Positions 27,580-41,529 are shown, numbered from the stretch's first letter. The stretch is DNA of 64,000 nucleotides from Euprymna scolopes (GCA_053919585.1 CM132783.1), one strand, 5' to 3'. Program-made: numbers and translations. Notes: a model not told the origin generated them from the sequence alone.

Positions 27580-28184
27580 ATTAATAGAGTATTAGCATTA
27601 GTCTTAATAGCCTATTATTATTAGTAGTAGTAGTAGAGTTTTAGTACTAGTATTAATAGAGCATTCGTATTTGTATTAATAGAATATTAATATTAGTACT
27701 AATAGAGTATTAGTACTAGTATTAATAGAATATTAGTACTAGTATTAATAAGTATTAGTATGAATATATTATTAATATTAATAGAGTATTAGTATTAGCA
27801 TTAATAGAGCATTAGTATTTGTATCAATAGAGCATTAGTATTTGTATCAATAGAGTATTAGTATTTGTATCAATAGAGCATTAGTATTTGTATCAATAGA
27901 GCATTAGTATTTGTATCAATAGAGTATAGTAATGGTATTAATAAAATATTAGTACTAGTATTAATAGAATATTAGTACTAGTATTAATAAGTATTAGTAT
28001 GAATATATTATTAATATTAATAGAGTATTAGTATTAGCATTAATAGAGCATTAGTATTTGTATCAATAGAGCATTAGTATTTGTATCAATAGAGCATTAG
28101 TATTTGTATCAATAGAGCATTAGTATTTATATCAATAGAGTATAGTAATGGTATTAATAAAATATTAGTACTAGTATTAATAGA
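27580..28184. repeat. AT-rich minisatellite (AGTATTAATAGAGTATT-type); continues at 29845-30340
   Basis: Degenerate ~20-bp units with a ~243-bp higher-order duplication; split by the CR1 insertion. Confidence 0.85.
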
Positions 28185-29840
28185 TTTTTTTTATTTGGGG
28201 TCACCTAGTGAAGTAATCGTTAATGATGTTAATTGGATGGAATTTGATTCTTTATGAGGACGACCTAGTAGAAACTTGTTTACATTAGATTTGAAGGTTG
28301 TATTTAGCCAGGAAGCATACCAGCGGTACAGTGTACGAAAGGTGAGCAGTTCTAACAAAAGAAGTTTGTACATGGAATCAGTGTTTACATTTAGGCACAG
28401 ATAGAGAGTGGGGAAAATAATATATAGTGGTTTTAGATCGTCGAGTGCTTTTTCTGAACGTTTGGCAAGAGGGGACCATAGATTGGAGTTCATGTAATGT
28501 GCATCTAGGAGACAAGCGCCCGCGTGTTTGTGTGTTGTGTGGGTGCATAAGAGAGACGGACGAAAGGGAAAGACTTACCTCGGGACCGGCTCGGCGTTGC
28601 CGACCGAAAATAGATAAAGAAAGATCAAGATGGCGGCCGCCGTCTTTTGTAAAGGATGATATCTCGCAAAGTCACACGAATTCTCGCAATATGCAAATTT
28701 AGCCAGCCTACAACGGCGATAAAAGCGGGTGATTGAAAGACGTTGGGGGAGCGATGATTGACTTGGTCGGGAATCGTGTTGCTATTGCTTCTCGTGCCGT
28801 GTGAGGATATCTTACCGTTGTTGGGTCCGGTCTGAGTAACCGTTCGCGTCCGTCTAGGCACCTTGCTAGTTGGATTCCATGCAGAACCGGTGTTTACTGG
28901 TTATTGAATTGCTTTACGTTGCTGCAACATTATACACCTACAGAGGGCGCAGTACTTTTAAAGGACTTTCCTCACACATTTTTTTATTTACAGTTCAGAC
29001 GAGCACTTCCATGAAAATAGCAACAGAGCAGAGACAAGTTCACGACCTCTCTGCTCTGCTGTGGGAAAGAGGTTACAAGGAAGAAAAAAGGCATCACCTC
29101 CTAGAAGGTGATGCCTTTTTTGATGACCTAAGGATGTGATTTGGGAGATCATTGATGAAGATCAGGAACAGGGTTGGACCCAGGATGGAACCCTGAGGGA
29201 CACCAGCGTTAATACAGCGAGTTCCTGATTTCTGCACATCAACGATTACTCCTATAAGCCTATCAGAGAGAAAGGATTTTTATAACTAAGAGGACATTCC
29301 TAGCTATTCCATAACTGGCGATCTTGTGAAAGAGACCTTTTTGCCAAACTCTATTAAAAGCTTTTAATATGTTAAGATCTATTGCTCTAGAGATAAAGCC
29401 TCCGTTGAACGATTCGCTAATCCTGTGTGATATAACAGTTAGTACATCAGTTGTAGATCTCGCTGAACGGAAACCATACTGCATATCACTGAGCAGGTTA
29501 TTTTTGTTGGTGTGGTTGATCACTTCTCTGTTTATCACAGTTTCCAGCAGTTTATGGCGCACAGAAAGCCGATTAGTTTGCACTAAGAAGGAGATGATCG
29601 ATCACTGGAATTTTAAAATACAGGGAAGACTTATGAAGTTTGCCAAGGTGTTGGGAAGCATTTCTTTTTAAGACAACGTTTAAACAGCTTCGTAAGCATG
29701 GGAGCTAGTTCTGGTTGAAGCTTTTTGAATCCTATGACTGGAATGCCGTCGGGGCCAGTTGCTTTACCGGAATCTAGGTTTTTGATAAGCTTGGCAACAT
29801 CACGTACCGAAATTTGTATGCCGCTTAGCATGTTTCCAGT
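28185..29840 (-). mobile_element. CR1-type LINE fragment interrupted by a solo LTR
   Basis: [49 protein letters not shown]; same family as 37330-39105. Confidence 0.88.
28493..28992. mobile_element. Solo LTR (500 bp)
   Basis: TGTAA...TTACA termini; 5-bp TSD GTTCA (28488-92, 28993-97); removing it restores the CR1 sequence GAGTTCAGA.GAGCAC seen at ~37700. Confidence 0.88.
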
Positions 29841-30344
29841 AACAGAGTATTAATAAAGTAATAATACTAGTATTAATAAAGTGTTTGTACCAGTATTAAT
29901 AGAGTTTAATATTAGCATTAATAGAATATTAGTACTACTATTAATATAGTATTATATTAGTATTAATAGAGTGTTATCATTAATAGATTATTAGTATTAT
30001 TGATAGTATTAATAGATTATTAGTATTAGTGTTAGTATTAATAAATTATTAGTATTAGTGTTAGTATCAATAGAGTGTTATCATTAATAGATTATTAGTA
30101 TTAGTGTTAGTATTAATAAATTATTAGTATTAGTGTTAGTATTAATAGATTATTAGTATTAGTGTTAGTATTAATAGAGTGTTATCATTAATAGATTATT
30201 AATAGTGTTAGTATTAATAGAGTGTTATCATTAATAGATTATTAGTATTAGTGTTAGTAGTATTAATAGAGTGTTATCATTAATAGATTATTAGTATTAG
30301 TGTTAGTATTAATAGAGTAACATTATTAGTATTAAAAGTATTTT

Positions 30345-30900
30345 AGGATATTTGATTTAATTTTGTTAATGGATGGTTTTTAGTTTTTATGTACAGTAAT
30401 CTTAGTTTGTTAGTTACGTATTATAAAATAATTGTATTGTTTACAAGATTTTTGTGGATGTGAGAGTGAGAGCAAGAATAATAAGCTTTTAGGTGTTGTG
30501 ATATTGTATCTTTGTCAGATGAGTGCATAGTGAAACCTCTCCATAGAGTTATGGTAATCAAGCCTATGTATGTGTATTTTTTTCATTATTGTTAGAGACA
30601 CAGTCTTGCAAAAGACATTTAAACTCGTAAACTCTGTCTTATCCAAAACGCTCATCTAAAGGGAACATCTGTTGGTGGTGATGAGGTTTGAGGTTTTAAA
30701 TTTGCTATAAAAAATAAGTTTTATTTTTATTTTTGGGTCGATAGATCGCATAGATTTAATATGTGTTCGTCTATTTCTAATTATTATGTAGCTGACTTAG
30801 CTAAAGTAATGTTACATATTTAGTCAGTGTTAGATTAGTTTTATTATGATTTTAGTAGAAATAATTAAAATGTCGAATTTGGTCATCTATAATGTAGTTA
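30345..30900 (-). mobile_element. Penelope-like GIY-YIG endonuclease relic
   Basis: Minus-strand translation RVYEFKCLLQDC..YIGLITITLWRGFTMH..ISQHL. Confidence 0.65.
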
Positions 30901-31367
30901 GAGAAGCTATTATTGATAAGTGTCTGCTGCTGAAGAGAGGATGATAAAATTCTGATAATAGTGGTTTTGTACCAGAAAGATTATTTATTATTATCATTAA
31001 GAATGCATGAGTTTTTATTAGTAAGTTTTAAATCCGTTAGAACATTTTAGAAGGGTATTTTATTGTCTGTTTTAGTTCACTTGTAAATTTTAGTACAGAG
31101 CTATTTTGAAAAGTGCTTTGCAATATAATAGTTTCATTATTATTTTTCGTATTGGAGCTATCACTTTAGAGAGTCATTCATACTTAGTACGCCGTTATTG
31201 CATTAAGTACTCTTGTTATTTATGCATTCTGTCTTGCTGTAAATACAAATACCTTTTGTAAACTATTGTAACATTGTCTGCAAACCAACACACGTTGTAT
31301 ACAGTTTCAGTCGCAAAGAAAATCAAGACAAAGAATAGGAAATTACTCCAACTCGCTTATTTTTTTT

Positions 31368-31626
31368 TGTAGTAACAACATCTACTTCCTCATTGGTACA
31401 GCTATGACGTCATCCACGCGATCTAGAAAGTTCTCCACATCTCTCTCGAGATCTCAAGCGTTATCTCGTCTCTCCCGAGATTTTTTCTCTTTTTAATAGT
31501 CCTTCCCCCACCAGTGATGTCACTTCTCATACATTTACACACGCGCGTCCGTGCTACGTTACACTATGTCTATGTTCAAGTCTTTCGTAGTGACCTTTCC
31601 GAGTCATACAAATCTGGCGACGAGGA
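31368..31626 (+). mobile_element. Gypsy-type LTR plus PBS
   Basis: TGTAG..ATACA (31368-31610) followed by TGGCGACGAGGA, the same PBS as at 22755. Confidence 0.55.
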
Positions 31627-32329
31627 AGTCGAATTCATAAAACGCGATACCTACAACATAGCATTAGCATCAGCAACACACCCATTTTAGGAACAAAAAT
31701 AAAAGGAACAACCTACGCGAGTATTTAAACACTAAAACTATATGACAACAAAATAGCTTATTCAATTAACAAGATAATATTTCAACTGGTACTCACATAA
31801 TATCTCACGTAAGTCCTTCAGCAAATAGTAATATAAAAAAATCGCTTTTGTCGGACATCGGATAAAAAGAAATCTCAAAACTGTACTTGAAAAACATTTC
31901 AATTAAAACTAAATTTTCTGTAATCAAATAGATTTTTTTCACTTCCCTCAGAGAAAATGAAAGCGTAAACTTTGCTCAACGTACAGCATTAAACAGTAAT
32001 TAGTAAAAGTTGGCTATTAGAAAGTAAAGGAAAAAAGGTTTTTTTTCTGAGTAAGCAATCATGGTTTAATTGTGCTCTAAAGAAAAACATTCATTTCGAA
32101 CGCGCCGTTGTCTTAGCAAAGAACCTACTGTTCATTTTATACGACATACTATTCGAAATTTTTCCGATTATAATTTTTTGATATTTATCAAGGGTATTTT
32201 GATACAAATCCTATCCAAGAACCCTCTCAGACACATCAGGTACAATTGTGTGAAATCTCAAAAAAATCAACCAAACTGTTAAGGAGCACATAAGAAAGGA
32301 ACTCACACAGACATACAAACACAAAGTGT

Positions 32330-32399
<70 letters not shown>

Positions 32400-32583
32400 C
32401 GTGTGTGTATATATATATGTCTGATTGATATGAAGAAATGTTTTCTTCTATTTAAGGAAACACGTGTAAGATGCAATATAATAAAAACTTAGTTGCCGGC
32501 CTAGATTAAGAATAGTTAATAAAAAAAATAAGAACAAATTAAAAAAAAGTAAAATTCATTTGTATTTTTTGGAATGAAAACTA

Positions 32584-32655
<72 letters not shown>

Positions 32656-32749
32656 ACTAGCTTTCATTCCAAATGACAAAAGATGATATCAATTCACACT
32701 AATGAATTTTATATATTTTTCATTTTTTTCTTCTAATTTCTAATTGTTC

Positions 32750-32818
<69 letters not shown>

Positions 32819-33229
32819 ATATATGATACACTTTGAGTTTGTGTTCGTTCCCTATGGGCTCCTAAACGAGTGGTTCGATCGTATCTTTAAATTTCAGACA
32901 TTTATGTGCCTGGAATGGCTTTTAGATAGGTTTTATATCCGAATGATACCGATAAGCATCGACAATCGAAATAGTCCGATTTTGACCTATGTTTGAACAG
33001 TCTAACTGCACAAGTACATTTGAGACATTTTATTATAGAACAATCAGAAAGGCTTGGCGTATAAAATCGACAGTAGGTTCTATGATAAAACAAAGGCCCG
33101 TTCGAAATGAATATTTCTGTTTAGACCACAACTGAACCATGATACTTGATTTTTATATTTTAAACTTTAATTCAAACTATTACATTAAAATTATTTTACA
33201 AAATCAACAGTACATTCTCTACAGTGAAG

Positions 33230-33417
33230 CTTGGCCTTTTGGTCAAGATCAAAGTGTAGTATCTGTTCTTCAGATGCTGCACTTCCATTTCTTGTTCTCT
33301 TTCGGTGGATGAGAAATCCTTTACGACTGAGACAATTTTTATTTTTGTACCTTTTCTCCACGTTAAAAAACGACCCTGGTGTCTAACTCTGTCCCGTGGG
33401 GAGGCATAGTAAATAGG
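33230..33417 (+). ncRNA. U2-headed structured repeat, most complete dispersed copy C
   Basis: CTTGGCCTTTTGGTCAAGATCAAAGTGTAGTATCTGTTCTT matches U2 stem I and the branch-recognition region; then antisense arm CAGATGCTGCAC, GAAA-capped hairpin, ATTTTTG (33341-47) and pseudoknot tail. Confidence 0.75.
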
Positions 33418-33562
33418 TACAATGTATTGTGGACTAAGTCACTGAGTGGAGGCGTGTGAAGCTTCCTCCCAGTGCACTGTGGTGGATTCCCAACAAGATC
33501 AGGCAGTCAATCGATATGATTAAAAAATGGACGATTTCACTGATTTCGATAACAATAAAATA

Positions 33563-33766
33563 CAGTAAAACCCCGGGATACGGTGACCTTAGGATACGTT
33601 TTTTTCAGGTTATTATATGGAATATGATGTTTTCCGGCCTCTAGTTACGGTATTTGCCCCGCTTTACTTTGTAGTTTATAATCTAATTTGATTATACACA
33701 TGTGTATTATATACTCTACTGTATTCTTGTTACTAATGTTTAATGCCGTATCCCAGGGTTCTATTG
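33563..33766. mobile_element. pogo/Tigger-like MITE
   Basis: TA|CAGTAAAACCCCGGGATACGG ... CCGTATCCCAGGGTTCTATTG terminal inverted repeats. Confidence 0.6.
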
Positions 33767-33834
33767 TGTTGGAAGTTTGAAACAATGGTTGGTTCTCATT
33801 TAATTCCACACAACGTCACATCTCTTTGCTAGTC

Positions 33835-33909
<75 letters not shown>

Positions 33910-34867
33910 CAGACATACTTTAGTTGTAAGATTATCTCCTTTTGTAATTCCGCCTGAAGACATGAAAGAATCACTGATGAAGAAGCACCATTGTTAGCGT
34001 TCAGAGATTGCCCAGAGGTTGAAGCAGATTTCCAATCCCATCAGGCAACAGCAGGAGTTTTTATAGAAATACTAAGGTTTTAGACGAGAAAAGTTCTTCC
34101 AGGCAAACATATAATTTACAATGTGCTTGAATTATCCGAGAAAGCTAAAGTGTATGCCATTGTTACGTAATTCTTCCTTTCTTTGTTAGTTGTCAATAAC
34201 TACAGTGGAATCAGACCTGCAGCAGATCTTTAAAAAAAACAAAAAAAAAACAGGATGTACACAGCCATCGACTTAGAAAGCACAGAAGGTCCAAGAAATG
34301 TTTCAACAAGAGTCTCTTTTAAAATGCAATAAAGAAATATATTTTAAGCTTTTCTTCTTTTCCTATAAGTAATAATCGTAAAGTGAAACCAATGTATTTT
34401 GTTCGCAACAATCTGTTTTTTTTTTCTAAAGAAGCATTAGTGCCTTTCAGAGCATTACGATGCAAGATTTAAAAAATTCTTTTTCGATATTAACACATTG
34501 AGAAAACAAACAAAAAATAAACTTTTTGTAAGCCGGTCTTAAAAGTAACTATTATAAACTGCGTCTAGAGATTATATGCAAACAAGGTATTGTCAAATAT
34601 TTTATGTAAAATTCATAAGTACGTAATTTTTTCTATTATGTAAGTAAGCTTGAAAGCAATTTAGTCCCAATTTTCATTAATATTTAGTATATTTTGTCAG
34701 TAATAATAGAGACATTATCAAATATTTTATGTAAAATTCATATGTGTTATCGAATGAAATAATTTGTACTATTATGGGTAGAGAATAAACATCAATTTTC
34801 AATTTCAGATTAATATTAATGATTTGCAATATCGATAGATTGTCTGCAAGAATTAGAATTTAGTTTC

Positions 34868-35390
34868 ATGGCTCGTGAAAAAAGAACTAAGAAAGATGAA
34901 AGGAATTATATAATCAAAGAAATTAGCAAAGGTAAGTCTTCGCTTAAAATTTCTAAGGATTAGCAAATAGATCATCGAACAATCAGGAAAATATGTCAAA
35001 TGGGAAGTTAACCAAAGAAAAAAAGTTGAATTCAGGAATTTAACAAAGCGAGATTCATCACATATATCAGAAGAGAATTAATAAGAAACGGAAATGCGTC
35101 AAATGCATTCATATTTGAGGCCGCTGGAACTCTTATGATATCAAGTGAAACAAGGTGTAAAATATTAAGAAAGTTTGCGGATGTAAAAAATCGAATAAAG
35201 AAACCCATTTTAATGAAAAAATCATGTAGAAAAGAAGATTGCAATGGGTAAAAATATACATGAAAACTGATTTCAGTAAAGTGCTATTTACAGACGAATA
35301 AAAGCTCACCATCAATGGACCCGATGTATGGGCTCAATGATGGATTTGCAAGCATTTGAATGGCATGATAACCAAGTATAGATCTATGAT
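34868..35390 (+). pseudogene. Tc1/Tc3-like transposase relic, cut by an assembly gap
   Basis: DHRTIRK (HTH), KPIL, MKTDFSKVLFTDE*KLTINGPDVW. Confidence 0.7.
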
Positions 35391-36354
35391 TATATATANN
35401 NNNNNNNNNNNNNNNNNNNNNNNNNNNNNNNNNNNNNNNNNNNNNNNNNNNNNNNNNNNNNNNNNNNNNNNNNNNNNNNNNNNNNNNNNNNNNNNNNNNN
35501 NNNNNNNNNNNNNNNNNNNNNNNNNNNNNNNNNNNNNNNNNNNNNNNNNNNNNNNNNNNNNNNNNNNNNNNNNNNNNNNNNNNNNNNNNNNNNNNNNNNN
35601 NNNNNNNNNNNNNNNNNNNNNNNNNNNNNNNNNNNNNNNNNNNNNNNNNNNNNNNNNNNNNNNNNNNNNNNNNNNNNNNNNNNNNNNNNNNNNNNNNNNN
35701 NNNNNNNNNNNNNNNNNNNNNNNNNNNNNNNNNNNNNNNNNNNNNNNNNNNNNNNNNNNNNNNNNNNNNNNNNNNNNNNNNNNNNNNNNNNNNNNNNNNN
35801 NNNNNNNNAATCGGAATCGGGAATCGGAAAAATCAACAAAGTTGTGGATATCGGAATTGGTATTGGAATCCGAAAAATTCCGATTCTTTTGATTGTCTCT
35901 TTTTATTTGATTTTGTTTAAAGCAAAATATTCCATTGCTTGTAATAATCATAACATAATAACTATTTATTGATTTTAAACTACTAATAAAGCTAAAATGT
36001 ATAGATCATTCTCCACAAGTGTAATTTTACATTTAGGAAAATATCTGCATATTGAAAATGTGTGTCTTACAGAAATCAGGAAAAATAACAACTCTATAGT
36101 TAAATATTTAGAGATTTATAAAGAATTGATATCGGAATCGGTAATTGCATTGGTATCAAGAATTTAGTATGGAATCGGTAATTGTATCTGAATCGGAAAA
36201 AATAATGGAATCGTCCCATCACNNNNNNNNNNNNNNNNNNNNNNNNNNNNNNNNNNNNNNNNNNNNNNNNNNNNNNNNNNNNNNNNNNNNNNNNNNNNNN
36301 NNNNNNNNNNNNNNNNNNNNNNNNNNNNNNNNNNNNNNNNNNNNNNNNNNNNNC

Positions 36355-37255
36355 CTTCCTCAGTACAGATCGTGACAGTCCCTACACCACAACATGGTTG
36401 GGACAAGCCAATGGTGGTCAAAATACTCACTCGTTGCTTCCTTCAAATCTTATAGCAATCTGCACAAACTATAGACCAGGAACATCCCGTGTTTATGAGT
36501 GCCGAATATTGCACATCAAGTTTGATGCCAAAGACAGGCAATCCTGCGTTCATGTTTAGCAAGGAGCATCTCATTGCAGTGATAACATCGTACTATTCTG
36601 CATGTTTGTGAATAAGCACTTCGCGTACCACTTTGATTCTGGCCCCCCTTAGCAAAATCATTAGGCTCCCCCACATTTATAGCACACCAGGCTCTTGCGT
36701 TTATCGCTAGGCGAAAGAGAATCCACATTCGAATGCTGCATGACGAGTGGTGGCTGCTGCTATGATTGGTTCCAGTTCCTTAAGGATGTTTCGAGTTTGA
36801 GCCAACAACTCATCCGTTGTTAAATAATTAGTTCATGACAATGATTGCAACAGTCTACTGACATCCTTAGGTAGGCCTATTAAAAAGACACAGGTTAATA
36901 TCTTGTCGTTGATCCCACCAAACGGTACAGATAACTTCTGTAAATGGGCTTAGTACATACGAACCGTTTCCTTTGGGTAAAGTCGCCAGCTAGTGAATTG
37001 TTGCCATGCAACAAAAGTACCAAATGCTGTATACAGGTTGTGCTTAATCTCTTTCCACTCTTGTCCATCCCCAAGTTGTTGGTATCCTGCATATTCAACT
37101 CCGGTTTATCTTGCTGGTTCTTATATTTTGCACAGTTTAATGCTCAGTCTTCTCAACCCATTCAACGCCAGACAGTCCAGTGGTAATTTCATTAAACTCT
37201 GTCATTAAGTGACTGTCGAATCTGTCCATGATTCTTTTTAGGTCACCGCTTATCA
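36355..37255 (-). mobile_element. Gypsy gag-protease relic
   Basis: AWQQFTSWRL..FGGINDKILTCVFLIGLP; decayed Zn knuckles (RCYHCNE); protease-like ALINTGCS. Confidence 0.65.
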
Positions 37256-37329
37256 AAGCCGATATTTAGTAAAATATTTTGTATCTATATTCAATATTTC
37301 CTTCGACAGTTCTCGATATGAAAATAGGG

Positions 37330-39105
37330 CTATTTTTTTTTTTATTTATTTTATTTTTTACACAGTGATCACCACTTATCAAGGCCTAGAAGCCACTCAG
37401 GGATAAGGGTTATTGCAAATACATTACGTTAGTCTGGAGATTTGATGAAGTGTTTACTTAAGGGGGCGGTTCATCAGGAATTTGTTAACGTTGGACTTGA
37501 AGACATCCAAGTTGTAGTCCGGTGGGAAGCAGGCAGACGGAAGAGAGTTCCACAGGCGTGCAGTTCTAAGAAAGAAGCTTTGTTCATGGAATCCGCGTTT
37601 TGATTTAGGCACAGATATAGAGTGGGGGAAATTTTTCACAGTGGATTCAGCTAGACGGGTGTTTTTCGTGAAAGATTGGGGAGGGAGGACCAGAAATTGG
37701 AGTTCAGATGAGCACCTGCCATGGAAATAACGATAAAACAAGGATAGGCTCGCAACGTCTCTTCTGCGGGAGAGAGGTTGCAGGGTAGAGAAAAGGGCAT
37801 CACCCACTAAGCCACAAAGTCTATTTTGTACTCTGTCAAGGTAGGATAGGCTGTTTTTAGCAGCTCCTGCCCAGATATGGCAACAGTATTCCATCCTTGG
37901 ACGTACTTGGATTTTATATAGATAGAGAATTGCATCAGTAGTGAGATATCTTCTGGAGCGGTAGAAGGATCCCACCATCTTTCCAGCAACCTTGGCAACA
38001 GACTTGATGTACGTGTTCCATTTCAGATCAGGAGTAAAGGTCAAACCCAGAAGCTTGTCAAAACACGGGGCCTCACCCAGACGAGAGCCATCCATCACAA
38101 TTGATGCCAGATGGGGATCAGAGCGTTGATGATGTAAGGATAGTAGTTTGGTTTTGGATGCATTAAAGGTAACCAGCCACATCTTCCCCCACTGAACCAT
38201 GCGCTTGAGATCAGAGGAGAGAGAATCAGAGAGAATTTTGTCATTTACAGCCTTTGATGTGTTGCCTTAGATGGTCGTGTCATCAGCATAGATGTCAACG
38301 AATGATTTAAGTATGTGTTTTAGGGAGGTCATTGATGTAGATCAGGAAGAGAGTTGGGCCCAGGATTGACCCCTGAGGGACTCCAGCATTTATATTGCAG
38401 GCCTCTGATTTTTGTCCATCTACCACTACTCTTATGAGCCTATCGGAGAGAAATGATTTAATGATTGAGAAAACATTTCCAGTTATACCATAGCTGGAAA
38501 TCTTGTGAAGTAGACCCTTATCCCATACCTTGTCGAAGGCCTTTGATATGTCAAGAGCAATTGCCCTAGAAAGGAAGCCTTTGTCAAGAGATTCACTAAT
38601 CCTGTGGGATATAACCGTCAGCACATCTGCAGTAGATCTTGCAGAGCGGAAACCATATTGTGTGTCACTAAGAAGGTTATTCCTGCCGAGGTGGTTGACT
38701 ATTTCTCTATTTAATATGGATTCCAGCAACTTACTCATGACACACAGGAGACTTATTGGTCTGTACTGAGAGGGAGATGACTTATCACCTGAATTCTTAA
38801 ATACAGGGCAAACTGATGAGGTCTTCTAGGGAGTCGGAAAGCACTTCTCCTTAAGGCAGCGCTTAAATAGTTTCGTAAGTATGGGAGCAAGTTCTGGTTG
38901 AAGCTTTTTTAACACTATAATTGGGATGCCATCAGGGTCAGTTGCTTTACTGGAATCTAGGTTCTTGATTAGCTTGGCGACCTCATGCACGAATATTTGT
39001 ATGTTACCTAGCTTGTTCTGTGTTATAGGAGGAAATATGGGGAGTTGATGGCCTTCGTCGCATAGGTTAGAATTAGCTGCAAAGTTCTTTGCAAATAGTT
39101 TGGCC
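37330..39105 (-). mobile_element. CR1-type LINE, 5'-truncated, relatively young
   Basis: ORFs 38307-38738 ([21 protein letters not shown]) and 37454-38200; YADD at ~38280-38291; 3'UTR plus A-rich tail at 37330-37360. Confidence 0.92.
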
Positions 39106-39243
39106 TGTTTGGCCTATCTACTATAGGCTGCCGTCTTGTCTTTTAGATATATGCTCTGTTGTTATGTCTTTACAGACATCGAGCTTCTAATTTCAAAAGC
39201 TTTATATGAATAAAGAATAGAAAACATATGCAAAAGCGTACAT

Positions 39244-39305
<62 letters not shown>

Positions 39306-41529
39306 AAGCTGAACGTCTGTGTGTGTGTCTGGTCACGAATAGGCTCCTATATGGTTGACTATTTTAAAAAACTGATTACATATAATGATAGAAGATGTAT
39401 CGAGCCACAGGAATGGGTATGTTTGCTCCTGCAGAACGGTGGTTCATAGAAATTGTGGGGTCTGTGTTCGCGCCTGGTCCACAAAGTATGGAAATAAAAA
39501 ATTAAAAGAAAAACGTTTACAATTGTTTTTGATATAGATGTACATAAGAATACATATATATCAGACGTCAATATACTTATCTTATATCGGCGTTTAACAG
39601 GACGGTCAAAGAAAGTCAATCTGGGCGTGGGTTTAATCAGCCTCTAATTGCTGCACTCTCTTATGTTAATCTAGGTCTATCAGAATCCTCTCATAGCAAT
39701 TTCCGTTATCAATGATAATAAAAGTGTCTATTGACTTCTGTCAGAACTGAAATAAAAAGACAATATTTAAAATCATTAATTTCCTGAACTAGTGGACTTT
39801 ATTTTGTTTTCGGACTTTTTAGATAAGGATCGATAATTTGTCTTNNNNNNNNNNNNNNNNNNNNNNNNNNNNNNNNNNNNNNNNNNNNNNNNNNNNNNNN
39901 NNNNNNNNNNNNNNNNNNNNNNNNNNNNNNNNNNNNNNNNNNNNNNNNNNNNNNNNNNNNNNNNNNNNNNNNTTATGTTGAGTTTAAGAACCTATAGATA
40001 ATTTTGAACTGTATTCTTGATTTAACTTACAAGGGTAGATTATTCTCGTTCGGTCAGCTATGAGCTAGTAAAACTGTTAAATAAAAGGTTCTTAATATAT
40101 GTAGTATTTACCGCATATCGTGATGCACAAAATTTATATTAAAAGGGGGAAAAATTAGAATGCCAGCTTCAATAACCAAACCAATAATGGTGAAAAGATT
40201 GATTTATTTGCAGTAATGAAAAAACTTATGTCCAGACATAAACACAGAAAAGATTTGATTCGGCAGACAGACACCAAAATATTTAAAAAAAAAAAAGCGA
40301 AGACAAAAGAAAAAGAAAATGATTTTAATTATCAATCAAGTTTATATTAGAATAAATATTAAGATTAATGAGAGACAGGTTGTCAGTAAAATAAAATAAC
40401 AAAAAGTAAAACAAAAAACAAAAACAACTATTTTTGCATTTTATGTTCTATGGATGGGACAAGTTGTCAAGGAAACATCTTCCTCCCCCATCTCTCTGTC
40501 TGTCTACCCCCTCTCTCTCTCTCTCTCTCTCCCCCTCTCTCTCTCTCTCTTCCTGCCTCGCTCCCTTGCTCGAAATCAAATTTTAATCTTCCCAAAATAT
40601 TTTTTTAAACTGAAGTCAATGATTTTAATTTTGTCACCTTTATGTTTTTAATCTCTGTTTTTACTTTTCTTTTCCCTTTTTGTTTTTTGGTACTGGTACA
40701 GCTTTTCAACCTGACCAACCAGACGTTTTCCGACACAGGATTACGTAAACTGTCAAAACTATCAAAAAATAAATTAAAAAAATAAATAAATGAAACGCTA
40801 TTTAACACACAAAAAAAAACAAAAAAAAAAACACCGTTTATTTATTTTGATGAAAATTTATTTAATTCTTAAGGTAAGAAAATGAAAATCTTTTATACTT
40901 TTGGGGGTATTTGTCCAGCTTTTGGGCCAAACAAAAACTGAATCGTTTTATTTTACTGCAACCTTAACCCTAACCTTCACCTTAATTTATATTTATTACC
41001 TTTGGTAACAGTTATTTCTTCACTGTTATTTCTTTCTCCACCTTTTCTGTTAGAAATTTTTAACAATTGCGAATTTACGATTTAATTAATTTACAATTCA
41101 ACCTGTCTGCATTTGATTGAATAAGTGCTTCGATTTGGGAAAAGTCATACAAAAAGTTGGTTTTGTCTGGTCCAAAAGTTGTATCAGTACCCTTATTTTA
41201 TTTTGAGATGAAACCCCCCCCAAAAAAAACCAAAAGCACATAAACTGAAACTTTGCATTCTTCTTAAACACTCCTGTGTCTCACTTGAAATACAGCTTAA
41301 TTTTGAGTTACCAACTTCAGAATTAGTTAATGTGAATCGAGTCATGTGCAACTTTGGTGAACAATTTCGAAAACGTGTGAAAAAAATAGGGCAAACATTC
41401 GACTCTGATATTATTTTCAAATAAAACAAAATGACAACATATGTACACCTGGAAAATAAGAATACCTTTTTTGCGTTATTTCTTCTAATTCTTTCTGATT
41501 ACTTTCAATCGTACATGTGCCCCTTTTCT

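Noticed and set aside
33354-33415. Pistol or hammerhead ribozyme in the U2-like units
   Set aside because: CCACGTTAAA and GTCTAA resemble pistol, but its upstream P1 strand and TTAG loop are missing; I found no CTGANGA..GAAA core on either strand of the array unit.
33230-33417. Keno/Utopia insertion into a U2 gene
   Set aside because: The 3' half of U2 (TCTGTTCTTATCAG..) does not resume after the element and no RT ORF is adjacent.
33930-34330. Possible host exon or hammerhead (CTGATGA at ~33973)
   Set aside because: No sustained ORF, splice context or stem II/GAAA partner could be supported.
40955-40990. Telomere-like CCTTAACCCTAACC
   Set aside because: Only 2-3 degenerate units; common inside repeats.
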